Both the position numbers and the translations under genes were made by a program. The notes beneath the pieces were generated by a model. That model was given only the letters and a program-made list of their open reading frames with translations, was not told the origin of the DNA and ran no database searches. Below, piece after piece: positions 34,103 to 42,309 of a stretch of 42,369 bases of DNA; the first letter of the stretch is position 1; each line of letters starts with the position of its first letter. The stretch lies in the IMG/VR virus record IMGVR_UViG_3300036828_000686, positions 66,333-108,701 of that record. One strand, 5' to 3'. The DNA is from a virus (lineage: Duplodnaviria > Heunggongvirae > Uroviricota > Caudoviricetes).

Positions 34103-34246
34103 ATGCACCAGTGCTGCAAGCATTGCGACCCGGAGAACGAGCGCCACACAAGCAGGAGCTTCCACGGCCACATGTGGCCGTGCTACCTGTGCGAGACCGA
34201 GCAGGCGCTCGCCGCGTTCCGTGGCAAGTACCTGGGGGCCGCCTGA
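34103..34246 (+). CDS. 47-aa Cys/His-rich ORF, not in ORF track
   Basis: MHQCCKHC...HGHMWPCYLCE; stop overlaps next ATG (TGATG). Confidence 0.55.
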   Translation: MHQCCKHCDPENERHTSRSFHGHMWPCYLCETEQALAAFRGKYLGAA

Positions 34247-34638
34247 TGGCCCTGCCGCCCATGGACAACGACGCATTGCTTGCCGCAGTGGAACTGGTCG
34301 GCCGGACCGGGGCGAAAGGGTTCCAGATCGGCTTCCTGCACGACGACGTCCCCGTAGCCGAAGCCGGGTGGTACGCCTACGCCCAGTACAAGGGCGCCCG
34401 GGTCACCGCCGAGGACAAGACCGGCCCTGTCGAGGCCGCGGAAGCCCTGGCCCGCCAGCTCCTGACCGGCGCCCAGTGCCAGCACTGCTTCAAGCTGGTC
34501 GCCCTGGAGGACTGGGGCACGATGGCGGTCACCGTGACCCTGATGAACGGCACGGAATGGACGAAAGAACAGCAGGCCGCCGCCGGCCTATGCCAGTGGC
34601 GGCGCACCGGCAGGACATGGAAACGAGGATGCGAATGA
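34246..34638 (+). CDS. Hypothetical protein with CxxC motif
   Basis: Coupled start and stop overlaps; CQHC...C...C. Confidence 0.65.
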   Translation: MALPPMDNDALLAAVELVGRTGAKGFQIGFLHDDVPVAEAGWYAYAQYKGARVTAEDKTGPVEAAEALARQLLTGAQCQHCFKLVALEDWGTMAVTVTLMNGTEWTKEQQAAAGLCQWRRTGRTWKRGCE

Positions 34639-34853
34639 TCTTCAAGGCTCAGGAACGGATTTACCTGCCCTGGCAGGACCCGTTCGGCAACCCGATCCAG
34701 GGCACCATCAGCGACGTCGAGCCCGCCCGGTTCAGGGTCAGCTGGGACCCCCCGGCGGACCGCAAGTCCGGCGTTCCCCGCTTCCGCTGCTGGTACCCCG
34801 CCTACCAGGCGTCCCGGTTCCGCCGCGGCAACGCCACCGGAAAGTCGGGCTGA
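34635..34853 (+). CDS. Small SH3-like hypothetical protein
   Basis: ATGA overlap; QGTISDV...FRVSWD pattern. Confidence 0.55.
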   Translation: MIFKAQERIYLPWQDPFGNPIQGTISDVEPARFRVSWDPPADRKSGVPRFRCWYPAYQASRFRRGNATGKSG

Positions 34854-35608
34854 TGAGACTAAGGACCTTGCTGGCCAGCGCCGGGCTCGCGAGCCTGGCC
34901 CTGGCCGCTGCTCCTGCGGCGCTCACGCTGACGGCCTCCCCGGCCGCGGCAAACACCTGCTCGCAGTCGATCAGTGACCCGTCACATCAGCCCGATTTCT
35001 TCTTCGGGTCCTACAACATCACCGTCAAGACCGACTCCTGCGGCAGGTGGATGCGTGCCTACGTGTACTGCGTCGCGCCGCTGTCCAGATACGAGGCCGG
35101 CAACTCGGTCCGCGCCCTCGGGGCTGTCAGCCGCACCGGCAGCGCCGCCTGCGACATCAGCCGGTGGGGCTTTGAGTACTACTACAAGAGCCTGACCAAC
35201 AGCCACTGGGTGCGGAAGCGGGAAGGGATGCGGGCTGCCGCGCACACCACGGCCTACATGACTCACCGCATCGCCCGCAACTCTGTCAGCTACACCGACG
35301 CACGCCGCTGCAGGTACAAGTGGTACACCCCCTCTGTCGGGCAGAACGGGTTCACCGCACACGGGAGCATTGACTCCTGCCATCACGCCTGGTGGGCCGT
35401 GGCCCGGTGTAACAACGGGCGGCTCATCTACGGTCCCGTGCGGTACTCCGGCTGGCCAGCCGTATCCCAGACCAGGGTCGGCTGCGGGTTCACGCCTCCC
35501 GTCTCGGGGCTGCAGTGGTGGGCGGTACGGGCCGTCGTATTCAAGAACCTGCATACACAAGAGCACAAATTGTTCTGCCTGAATATCAATTCAGGCTGCA
35601 ACAACTGA
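34853..35608 (+). CDS. Secreted protein with two Cys-containing repeats
   Basis: Signal peptide ending SPAAA; two DSC...A...C...G.VR...AVS.T...C units. Confidence 0.7.
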   Translation: MRLRTLLASAGLASLALAAAPAALTLTASPAAANTCSQSISDPSHQPDFFFGSYNITVKTDSCGRWMRAYVYCVAPLSRYEAGNSVRALGAVSRTGSAACDISRWGFEYYYKSLTNSHWVRKREGMRAAAHTTAYMTHRIARNSVSYTDARRCRYKWYTPSVGQNGFTAHGSIDSCHHAWWAVARCNNGRLIYGPVRYSGWPAVSQTRVGCGFTPPVSGLQWWAVRAVVFKNLHTQEHKLFCLNINSGCNN

Positions 35609-35618
35609 GAGGAACGAG

Positions 35619-35885
35619 ATGAGTGATCCAGGCTGGCGCAAGGCAACGGCCAGCAACTACAACGGCAGCTGCGTGGAGGTATCCCTCCCGCAGTGGCGCA
35701 AGGCGACCGCAAGCGGCGCGGCGGATTGCGTCGAGTTCGCGATGCTGCCGGATTCCATGATCGGCCTGCGTGACTCCAAGGACCCGGACGGCCCCGTCCT
35801 GGCCTTCACCCGCAATGAGTGGCTGGCGTTCCTGGACGGCGCCACGAAGGGCGAGTTCAACCCCCCGGAGGTAATCACCGCATGA
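35619..35885 (+). CDS. DUF397 family protein with duplicated N-terminal motif
   Basis: WRKATAS..NGSCVEV twice; GLRDSKDPDGPVLAFT..EW.AFL.G..KGEF. Confidence 0.85.
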   Translation: MSDPGWRKATASNYNGSCVEVSLPQWRKATASGAADCVEFAMLPDSMIGLRDSKDPDGPVLAFTRNEWLAFLDGATKGEFNPPEVITA

Positions 35886-36514
35886 GACGACTCGCCCTGC
35901 TGGCCGCTACCGCGGCCGTGGCCGTACTCGGTGCGACCGCAGCCGCCCAGCAGCCCCCTGCACCCAGGAGCACGCAGTCAAGCAGCAGCACCATGCGCCC
36001 GCTGTTCCCCGATGGCTCCGTCTCGATCTGCCGCCAGTTCTCCCGGCACACCTACTGCCTGACCCGCGAGGACAACGGCAACACCGGGGACCACAATGAG
36101 CTGTGGTTCGCGGAGGGCGTCCACGCCTACGGTGGCTACTGGTTCGCCCAGTTCAAGGGCACGGTCGGTGAAAGGTGGCCGTTCTCGATCGCATGGTTCA
36201 ACCACAAGTGGCTCGGCCACCAGGTCTATGAGGCCCAGACGTTCACCTGGAACCACCAGTTCGCCATGGGCACGTGCCCGAAGCTGGCCGTCAAGGCGTG
36301 CCTCATGAACACGGGCGGCCAGGACTACTTCGTGGTGATGAAGGGCAACGGCGGGACGTGGAGGATGCTGGCGGTGAACGCGACCGACCGCATCTGGAAA
36401 CTGACGGGCGGCAGGAACATCAGCTACTTCCTGACCTACAACGGCTCGGGCCGCAAGGCGATCTTCGCGCCCAACGGCGACAACAACCAGAGCCTGAAGG
36501 TGAACAGGGCTTGA
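35882..36514 (+). CDS. Secreted protein
   Basis: MRRLALLAATAAVAVLGATAAA signal peptide; ATGA overlap. Confidence 0.7.
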   Translation: MRRLALLAATAAVAVLGATAAAQQPPAPRSTQSSSSTMRPLFPDGSVSICRQFSRHTYCLTREDNGNTGDHNELWFAEGVHAYGGYWFAQFKGTVGERWPFSIAWFNHKWLGHQVYEAQTFTWNHQFAMGTCPKLAVKACLMNTGGQDYFVVMKGNGGTWRMLAVNATDRIWKLTGGRNISYFLTYNGSGRKAIFAPNGDNNQSLKVNRA

Positions 36515-36750
36515 CCGGATGGGTCCCCGGGGACGGGAGCAGCTGGCGGTATGAGCGTTCACGGCATCGCTGGGCCGGCACCATCCCCGGGGACCCGGGG
36601 ATCACCCTGGAGCGGTCGGTGGCCGAGTTCCGCTACGCCTACCCCCACGCCCCGCACTGGGACGGCTGGACGGCCAGGACCCTGGCGCTCTACGGTCCGC
36701 CGCGCTGGATCAGGTGGCTGGAGTTCGAGCCGCACTGGTGGACACGGTGA
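36511..36750 (+). CDS. Small Trp-rich protein (paralog A)
   Basis: TTG overlaps the upstream TGA; DG.SW.Y...W.G..PG...V.EFR..YP.AP.WD shared with next gene. Confidence 0.65.
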   Translation: MTGWVPGDGSSWRYERSRHRWAGTIPGDPGITLERSVAEFRYAYPHAPHWDGWTARTLALYGPPRWIRWLEFEPHWWTR

Positions 36751-36920
36751 CCGCCTGGGAATCCCCCGATGGGATCTCCTGGGTCTACGCCCCCGAGACC
36801 CGGACATGGCGGGGGATCTATCCCGGCCTTGACGAGCTGTACCAGCACACCGTCCCCGAGTTCCGCGAGATTTACCCGGACGCCCCACCGTGGGACAACC
36901 TGCCCGCCTCCGACGATTGA
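36747..36920 (+). CDS. Small Trp-rich protein (paralog B)
   Basis: GTGA overlap; same motif as previous gene. Confidence 0.65.
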   Translation: MTAWESPDGISWVYAPETRTWRGIYPGLDELYQHTVPEFREIYPDAPPWDNLPASDD

Positions 36921-36993
36921 CCAGCAGTACTTTCGGTATCGCAGAATTACCGCTAGGGTCTGAGCCCTACACCCAAGAACTGGAAGAGGAACC

Positions 36994-37746
36994 ATGCGAT
37001 TCACGACCATCAGGCGGGCCGCGGTAGCGGCTGCCGCCGCCGCGTCGCTGGCCACGGGCATCGCCCTGGCAGCCGCGCCGGCCGGCGCGGCCACCGGCCC
37101 CCCTATCGCCACCAGCAACCAGGCTGGCTACCAGGTGTCCGGGGCGCAGTTCCGCTTCGTTAGCACCACGTTCACCCTGCCGCACCTGGCGGCCTACCCG
37201 AACGCTGTCGAGGGGTTCTCGGTCAAGCTGCGCAACGGCAGCGAGACCCTGGTGCTGGGAATCAGCGACGAAGGGCCATGGAATGCGGCCTTTGCCCAGG
37301 AGTACCCGGACGGCACGATCGGCTACTCCGACGCTACCGGCCCGAACATGGCGTCGGGCGACAACGTGACCGCGAGCATCTACTACGCGCGACCCTCCGG
37401 TGAGGTGTTCTACACGACCACCGACAACACGACCGGGACGCAGTTCACCGGCAGCTTCACCGACAAGCCGAACGGCGCCCTGGAGTCGTTCACCTCAGCC
37501 CGGGTCACTAGCGACTTCGCTACCGATGAGTACATGCCGGCCGCGTCGTTCACGCCGCCGCTCAGCAGGGAGAAGCTGGTGGCCTTCAAGGACAGCCGGG
37601 TGACGACCTACAGCGGTCACCACGGCTCCCTGACGGACTGGTACACCACCAGTGAGCTGGACATGTTCTCGGGCCCGCACACCGACGCCATCCCCGGCAA
37701 CCTGTGGGGCGGCGGGGAGAACTTCTCCGTCTTCGCGCTGCCGTAA
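36994..37746 (+). CDS. Secreted protein, G1 glutamic-peptidase-like beta-sandwich
   Basis: Signal peptide; TSNQAGY...VSTTFTLP and GDNVTASI...TDNTTG resemble G1 (SSNWAG...W.VP; GD.I.ASV...N.TTG). Confidence 0.6.
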   Translation: MRFTTIRRAAVAAAAAASLATGIALAAAPAGAATGPPIATSNQAGYQVSGAQFRFVSTTFTLPHLAAYPNAVEGFSVKLRNGSETLVLGISDEGPWNAAFAQEYPDGTIGYSDATGPNMASGDNVTASIYYARPSGEVFYTTTDNTTGTQFTGSFTDKPNGALESFTSARVTSDFATDEYMPAASFTPPLSREKLVAFKDSRVTTYSGHHGSLTDWYTTSELDMFSGPHTDAIPGNLWGGGENFSVFALP

Positions 37747-37781
37747 CCTGACCCCCGGTCACGTGCACCGGGTGTGTGGAG

Positions 37782-37819
37782 GCGAAGGCCCTCGTCGCGG
37801 TGACGGCGGGGGCCTTCGC
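37782..37819 (+). terminator. Hairpin terminator
   Basis: gcgaaggccc...gggccttcgc inverted repeat after 37746. Confidence 0.6.
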
Positions 37820-37850
37820 TTGCCACTTCAGAGATACTGTGCGATACACT
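37820..37850 (+). promoter_or_regulatory. Possible leaderless promoter
   Basis: TTGCCA-19 nt-TACACT-6 nt-ATG(37857); spacer is long. Confidence 0.4.
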
Positions 37851-37856
37851 AAGTGC

Positions 37857-38039
37857 ATGTGGCATATCCTCGGTGACATCGCCGCGGTCCCCATCGTTGC
37901 CTGGCTCACCTGGTGGTGGACCTTCGGGGGCAGTAAGCCCCAGCCCCGCAACACCACCTACTGGCCGTGCAGCGCAAATCACCTTCACCAGACCGCCGGG
38001 CAGGCCCGTGCCTGCTCCGCCCGGCAACGATGGGAGTGA
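37857..38039 (+). CDS. Small membrane protein
   Basis: N-terminal hydrophobic helix, C..H...A..C. Confidence 0.5.
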   Translation: MWHILGDIAAVPIVAWLTWWWTFGGSKPQPRNTTYWPCSANHLHQTAGQARACSARQRWE

Positions 38040-38042
38040 GCA

Positions 38043-38297
38043 ATGACCAGGGTCACCGTGAACCTGAGCAAGCAGCGCGAGGCCGCGGTCGTCGCGTCCG
38101 GTAAGACCCTCATCGAGCTGATCGACATCGGCCTGGAATACACGGAACGGGCCGCGGAGGCGGCACGGCTGATGCCGGACCTGTTCGCACCGGACCGCCG
38201 CGCACCGCTCACCAAGGACAACTGCAAGCACCCGAAGGCCCGCCGCTCTAAGGGCGGCCTCTGCATGGCCTGCGGCACCAACGTAGGAGACGCATGA
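38043..38297 (+). CDS. Hypothetical protein, ribbon-like N-terminus and C-terminal Cys motif
   Basis: TRVTVNLSK (RHH-like beta strand); CKH...LCMACG. Confidence 0.6.
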   Translation: MTRVTVNLSKQREAAVVASGKTLIELIDIGLEYTERAAEAARLMPDLFAPDRRAPLTKDNCKHPKARRSKGGLCMACGTNVGDA

Positions 38298-38584
38298 GCG
38301 CCGACAGCTGGGAGGTCTGCCCGCGGTGCATCCGCCGGGCCCGCACCGACCTGGAAGCCCTGAAAGCCAGCGTCGAGCAAAGCTATGGCACGATCACCCG
38401 CGAGGCGTACGAGCAGGCCCGGTCCGCCATCAAGGAGATCGACGACGAGGACTTCCGCACCTGGCGCGAGGAGTACGAGTTCTACGGCGCGGAAACCGGC
38501 ACGGTCACCGTCTGCTACGGGGGAACCTGCACCACGTGCGGCCTGGAACTGAACATCGACGAGAAATATGAGATCCCGCTATGA
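38294..38584 (+). CDS. Zn-ribbon hypothetical protein
   Basis: CPRC...CTTC; ATGA overlaps. Confidence 0.65.
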   Translation: MSADSWEVCPRCIRRARTDLEALKASVEQSYGTITREAYEQARSAIKEIDDEDFRTWREEYEFYGAETGTVTVCYGGTCTTCGLELNIDEKYEIPL

Positions 38585-39075
38585 GCTTCCAGGAGAAACT
38601 GGGTGACCTGTTCGGCCTCGGCCTGCCCGCCCTCGCCCACGGCTGCAACTGCCAGGGCCTGATGGGTGCCGGGGTCGCCAACCAGTTCCGGGTCCGCTGG
38701 CCCGGCATGTTCGAGGAGTACGCCCGGCTCTGCAAGGAAGGCGAGTTCGTCCTCGGCGCGGCCATGGACTGGCCCACGAACATGTGGGCACCCGAGGTGA
38801 TCTACAACCTCGCCACCCAGACCTACCCCGGCCCCGACGCCTCGATCATCGCCATCGAGAACTCCGTCAAGGTCGCCTTGCGCAACTGCGAGTTCCGCGG
38901 CGTCACCGCCCTCGGCGTGCCGCACATCGGCTGCGGCATCGGCGGCCTGGAGTGGGAAGACGTCAGGCCCGTCCTGCGGGGCTGCGCCAGGTCGAACCCC
39001 GCCGTGGACCTGATCGCGGTCACCCCGCCGTGGGAGGTCCAGGACCGCGTCAGCTGGATGAAGGAGAACACATGA
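38581..39075 (+). CDS. Macrodomain protein (TARG1/Poa1/DarG-like class)
   Basis: GDLF, AHGCNC.G.MGAGVA..F, YNLATQ, P.IGCGIGGLEW..V. Confidence 0.85.
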   Translation: MSFQEKLGDLFGLGLPALAHGCNCQGLMGAGVANQFRVRWPGMFEEYARLCKEGEFVLGAAMDWPTNMWAPEVIYNLATQTYPGPDASIIAIENSVKVALRNCEFRGVTALGVPHIGCGIGGLEWEDVRPVLRGCARSNPAVDLIAVTPPWEVQDRVSWMKENT

Positions 39076-39197
39076 GACTGCTGTGGAGACTGTTCGCCCC
39101 CCGCCCCCTGAAGCGGGCCCGGCGGATGCTGCACCCCTCCTGGATCATCGAGGACGCGATCGTCCGCTCAGCCCGGCGGAAGCGGCGGCGGCGGTGA
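39072..39197 (+). CDS. 41-aa basic ORF
   Basis: ATGA overlap, AGGAG RBS. Confidence 0.45.
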   Translation: MRLLWRLFAPRPLKRARRMLHPSWIIEDAIVRSARRKRRRR

Positions 39198-39409
39198 CAC
39201 AGCTGATAGTGCTCATCGCCGGGATCGCGGCCGGCTACTACGTGATGCGGTCCATCATCAACGCGATCGACAGGCACAACCGTGCCCGCCACCTCGACTA
39301 CTTCGAGTGGATTCCCCCTGAGCCCTGCGGCTCGCCAGAGATGGAGGACCCCGGTGAGCAACCCCCGCCGCCCGAGGGACAGCAGGCACCGCCTGCTCCG
39401 GATGCGTGA
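39194..39409 (+). CDS. Small membrane-anchored Pro-rich protein
   Basis: GTGA overlap; N-terminal TM helix. Confidence 0.5.
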   Translation: MTQLIVLIAGIAAGYYVMRSIINAIDRHNRARHLDYFEWIPPEPCGSPEMEDPGEQPPPPEGQQAPPAPDA

Positions 39410-39468
39410 GCCCGACAAGATGCTCCGGGCTGTCCGGCGTCTTGCCCGCCAGACGCGCAGGGCGCAGC

Positions 39469-39603
39469 ATGAGCAGATACCACCTAAGGGGATGCGATGA
39501 GATGACGTCCTACTCGGCGGGCAACGGCGCCTCGGTCTGCGAGCGCGAGATCTACGAGCCAAGGCTCTGGCCGCACGCCTGGCCACGGTCCGGGCGTCTT
39601 TGA
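39469..39603 (+). CDS. Possible 44-aa ORF
   Basis: Stop overlaps next ATG. Confidence 0.35.
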   Translation: MSRYHLRGCDEMTSYSAGNGASVCEREIYEPRLWPHAWPRSGRL

Positions 39604-39890
39604 TGGGTGAGCTATATACAGCTCACCCGCACTGCGACGTCCACGGGCTCATGCACTACCGCACGGCCAAGGACCGCAACGGCAAGATCCTCGACGGTAT
39701 GTGGTGGTGCTTCGGCTTCGACGGCGAGGGCTGCACGGCCAAGATCCCGCCCGAAGCCTGCCTGCGGGTGTGGGTCGGGGAAACGCGCTGGCCCGGGATC
39801 ACCATGAAGGACCAGCGGATCGGCTCGTTCGAGGAAGCGGACTTCCAGTGGCGCTGGGACACGGCTGTCGATACCGCACTGGGGAAGTAA
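39603..39890 (+). CDS. Hypothetical protein
   Basis: TGATG overlap; C..H...W.C.G..GEGC. Confidence 0.55.
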   Translation: MGELYTAHPHCDVHGLMHYRTAKDRNGKILDGMWWCFGFDGEGCTAKIPPEACLRVWVGETRWPGITMKDQRIGSFEEADFQWRWDTAVDTALGK

Positions 39891-39926
39891 AGGAATGTTT
39901 GCGCTACAGGTCGGGTTGAGGTAGTC

Positions 39927-40181
39927 ATGATAGTCATCCCCATCGCCGCGGTCGCCGTCATCATCATCGCGATCCTCGGCCTCATCGTCCACGCGAACCA
40001 GCCCCCGGAGCGCAAGGCCGCCCGCAAGGCCGAGGCGGCTAAGTACTGCACCAAGCACGTCACCGTCAGCTCGCCACTCCCCGGCGGCCCCGACCACACG
40101 AGCTGGGTCTACGGCGGCCACCGCACCAAGGGCAACGCCTGCGACGGGCCCGAGCACCGTCGCGTCAGCAGCTGGCAGTAA
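39927..40181 (+). CDS. Small membrane-anchored protein
   Basis: N-terminal hydrophobic helix; RBS GAGGT. Confidence 0.6.
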   Translation: MIVIPIAAVAVIIIAILGLIVHANQPPERKAARKAEAAKYCTKHVTVSSPLPGGPDHTSWVYGGHRTKGNACDGPEHRRVSSWQ

Positions 40182-40200
40182 AGGACTTCAGCAGCTCCAT

Positions 40201-40623
40201 CTAGCTGGTGCCCGCGGGCGAAACCACCACGATGCGGTAGTAATGCGCCCAGCGGACCAGTGTGCCCGACGCCGGCGGCAGGCCGCCCATGCAGCCCTCC
40301 TGCACGAACGCGGCCCGCGAGTCCGCGACGATCTTCACCGACAGCTGGCTGGCCTTGTGCGTGATCCCGTTCACCGCGATCGGGGCCCCCGACAAGTCCT
40401 GGTAAAACTGGCACGAGCCGACCAGCTGCTGGCTCTGGTGGAACACCACGAACCCCAGCGCGGCCAGGCCCAGCAGCACGACCACCACCAGCGTCCAGAC
40501 CCCTGCCCACCGCAGCTGGTGGAACCCCTGCAGCTGGCTGGCCAGGCCCTGGTCGATCTCCTGCACACCCCGCGGCCGCTGGCCCATGGGCCGCTCCGGC
40601 AGGTCCGGCATCTCAGGCTTCAT
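40201..40623 (-). CDS. Single-TM membrane protein
   Basis: WAGVWTLVVVVLLGLAALGFVVF; ATG 40623 overlaps the upstream gene end. Confidence 0.65.
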   Translation of the reverse strand: MKPEMPDLPERPMGQRPRGVQEIDQGLASQLQGFHQLRWAGVWTLVVVVLLGLAALGFVVFHQSQQLVGSCQFYQDLSGAPIAVNGITHKASQLSVKIVADSRAAFVQEGCMGGLPPASGTLVRWAHYYRIVVVSPAGTS

Positions 40624-41053
40624 GATGGTTACCGCCACTAAGAGTCTCGCGGATCGCCGCGACGTCCCCCTTCACCGCATCCAGGCCCGTGCGCACCGAC
40701 CGCATCTCCGTCGTGAGCGCCTCCACCGCGGCCTTCCCGGTGACCACATCCTGCAAAGTGGTCAGGCGCCCCTCAAGCTCATGGATACGCGCATCCTTCT
40801 CCGCCAGCTGCGCCTCGAACTGGGACTCCACCGTCCGGGCGTGCGCGTCCCGTTCAGCGAGCTGCTCCTCGAACAGCCTGACCTGGGCTTCCAGCGCCTT
40901 CGACTGGGACTCCCAGGACAGCGCAGCTTCCCGGTAGTTGGAGACAGTCTGCGTATTGCGGCTCACACGGAAACTCCCGCCAATCACCGTCGCTGCCGTG
41001 ATCAGCAGCCCGACCAGGGCCACGATCGCCAGGATGTTGCCCGCGTTGAGCAT
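40613..41053 (-). CDS. Membrane-anchored coiled-coil protein (lysis-cassette-type candidate); start 41053 or 41074
   Basis: N-terminal TM then long heptad-rich segment. Confidence 0.65.
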   Translation of the reverse strand: MLNAGNILAIVALVGLLITAATVIGGSFRVSRNTQTVSNYREAALSWESQSKALEAQVRLFEEQLAERDAHARTVESQFEAQLAEKDARIHELEGRLTTLQDVVTGKAAVEALTTEMRSVRTGLDAVKGDVAAIRETLSGGNHHEA

Positions 41054-41100
41054 GAGGCTAACGGTAGCCCGCATATCCGCCAGCACCGGGAAGCGCTCCC

Positions 41101-41370
41101 GTGTTCGATTTCGACGGGTATCCTGGACAGAACAATCACCTCTGCGGCCAGGGCCTCCGCCAACTGGCCCGGAGAATGCCACGAAACGATGGGCACAACC
41201 CCGAGCACCCACGCCGCCACCACAAGGCCATGCACTCCGGCCGCCGCGGCCACGGACACGACGCCAGAATCCGCGAGCGCAAGAGCGCCGGGGGCAGCCG
41301 CCAGCCGCTGTGCCCCGAGTGCGGGCAGCCGGCCGTAGATATGAGCCGCCACCAGCGGAAGAATCACTGA
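41101..41370 (+). CDS. Possible small protein with C-terminal C2H2-like finger
   Basis: LCPECGQPAVDMSRHQRKNH; start uncertain. Confidence 0.35.
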   Translation: MFDFDGYPGQNNHLCGQGLRQLARRMPRNDGHNPEHPRRHHKAMHSGRRGHGHDARIRERKSAGGSRQPLCPECGQPAVDMSRHQRKNH

Positions 41371-41481
41371 AACGCCGCGGATCTCCCTGAAGTACCGCCA
41401 GGAAGTGACATAAGTCCTGGTCAGAGGCTTTTTTCTCACGATCAGCAACACTTTGCCGGTACCCGCTCATAAGGTGCCGTC

Positions 41482-42309
41482 ATGCTCTTGATGCAGGCGT
41501 GCAAGGACTGTGGAGTGCCAGTCACGAGGACCGGGAGCCGCGGTCGGCTACCCGAGCGTTGTGACGACTGCCGGACCTCCCGTAGGCGCGAGCAGCAGCG
41601 ACAGCGCGACCGAGGCTCCTATGGTCGCGAACCGTACGGAGTCAAGAAAGGCGCATGCGCAGAGTGCGGGAAGCCGGTCTGGCTAACCTCGACCTCTTCA
41701 CCCAGCCCGGTATGCAACCCTTGCCGACGACAGGGCCGCGGACCCGGAACGCACTGGTCAGGCTCAGGTACCTGCAGTACGTGCGGCAGGGATATGGCCG
41801 TGACGGTGCGCGCAGAGGACCGTAAGCGGCCATCCATATGCCAGGTGTGCCGCGCGGCGATCCGTCAGCAGGCGATCAAGACCGGCAAGCTGACCTGCAG
41901 CAGGTGCGGTCGGGAGATGCCGGCTCAATTCGACAAGCATGGCTGGCTGAAGGGTTCCACCTGCACCACCTGCGAGTACAAGGCCAACCCGAAGAAGCGC
42001 AGGCGCGACAACATCGAGAGCCGGAAGCGCAGGGACGCCCGCTACGCGACCTGGGACGGGGTTACCGATCGCGAGATCCTGGACGGCGACTGGTGGGAAT
42101 GCCAGATGCCGCGATGCCTGAACCCGGAGGGCCGGGTAATCACCGGGGTCAGCTGGCCCGATCCGTGGTCGGCCAGCATCGACCACATCCTCCCCTTGAG
42201 CCTGGGTGGCACAGACACCGCCAGCAACAAGAGGGCCGCGCACCTCCGCTGCAACATCAGTGCCGGTAATCGCGCAGGTCAGAGCCCTGTAGCCGTGTTA
42301 CTCGTGTGA
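41482..42309 (+). CDS. HNH endonuclease with four N-terminal C4 zinc ribbons
   Basis: Four CxxC...CxxC pairs; SIDHILPLSLGG.D..SN..AAHL.CN. Confidence 0.85.
   Translation: MLLMQACKDCGVPVTRTGSRGRLPERCDDCRTSRRREQQRQRDRGSYGREPYGVKKGACAECGKPVWLTSTSSPSPVCNPCRRQGRGPGTHWSGSGTCSTCGRDMAVTVRAEDRKRPSICQVCRAAIRQQAIKTGKLTCSRCGREMPAQFDKHGWLKGSTCTTCEYKANPKKRRRDNIESRKRRDARYATWDGVTDREILDGDWWECQMPRCLNPEGRVITGVSWPDPWSASIDHILPLSLGGTDTASNKRAAHLRCNISAGNRAGQSPVAVLLV

Noticed and set aside
39402-39500. 32-aa ORF MREPDK...
   Set aside because: Very short, overlaps both neighbours and has no motif; cannot be supported.
41002-41451. 149-aa hydrophobic minus-strand ORF
   Set aside because: Overlaps a better-supported gene and an opposite-strand C2H2-like ORF; no RBS or motif, so not called.
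42295-42309. GTG-TTA-CTC-GTG-TGA at the end of the terminal HNH gene as a TTA hop
   Set aside because: An in-frame hop would change only the last three residues, so it cannot be distinguished from chance.
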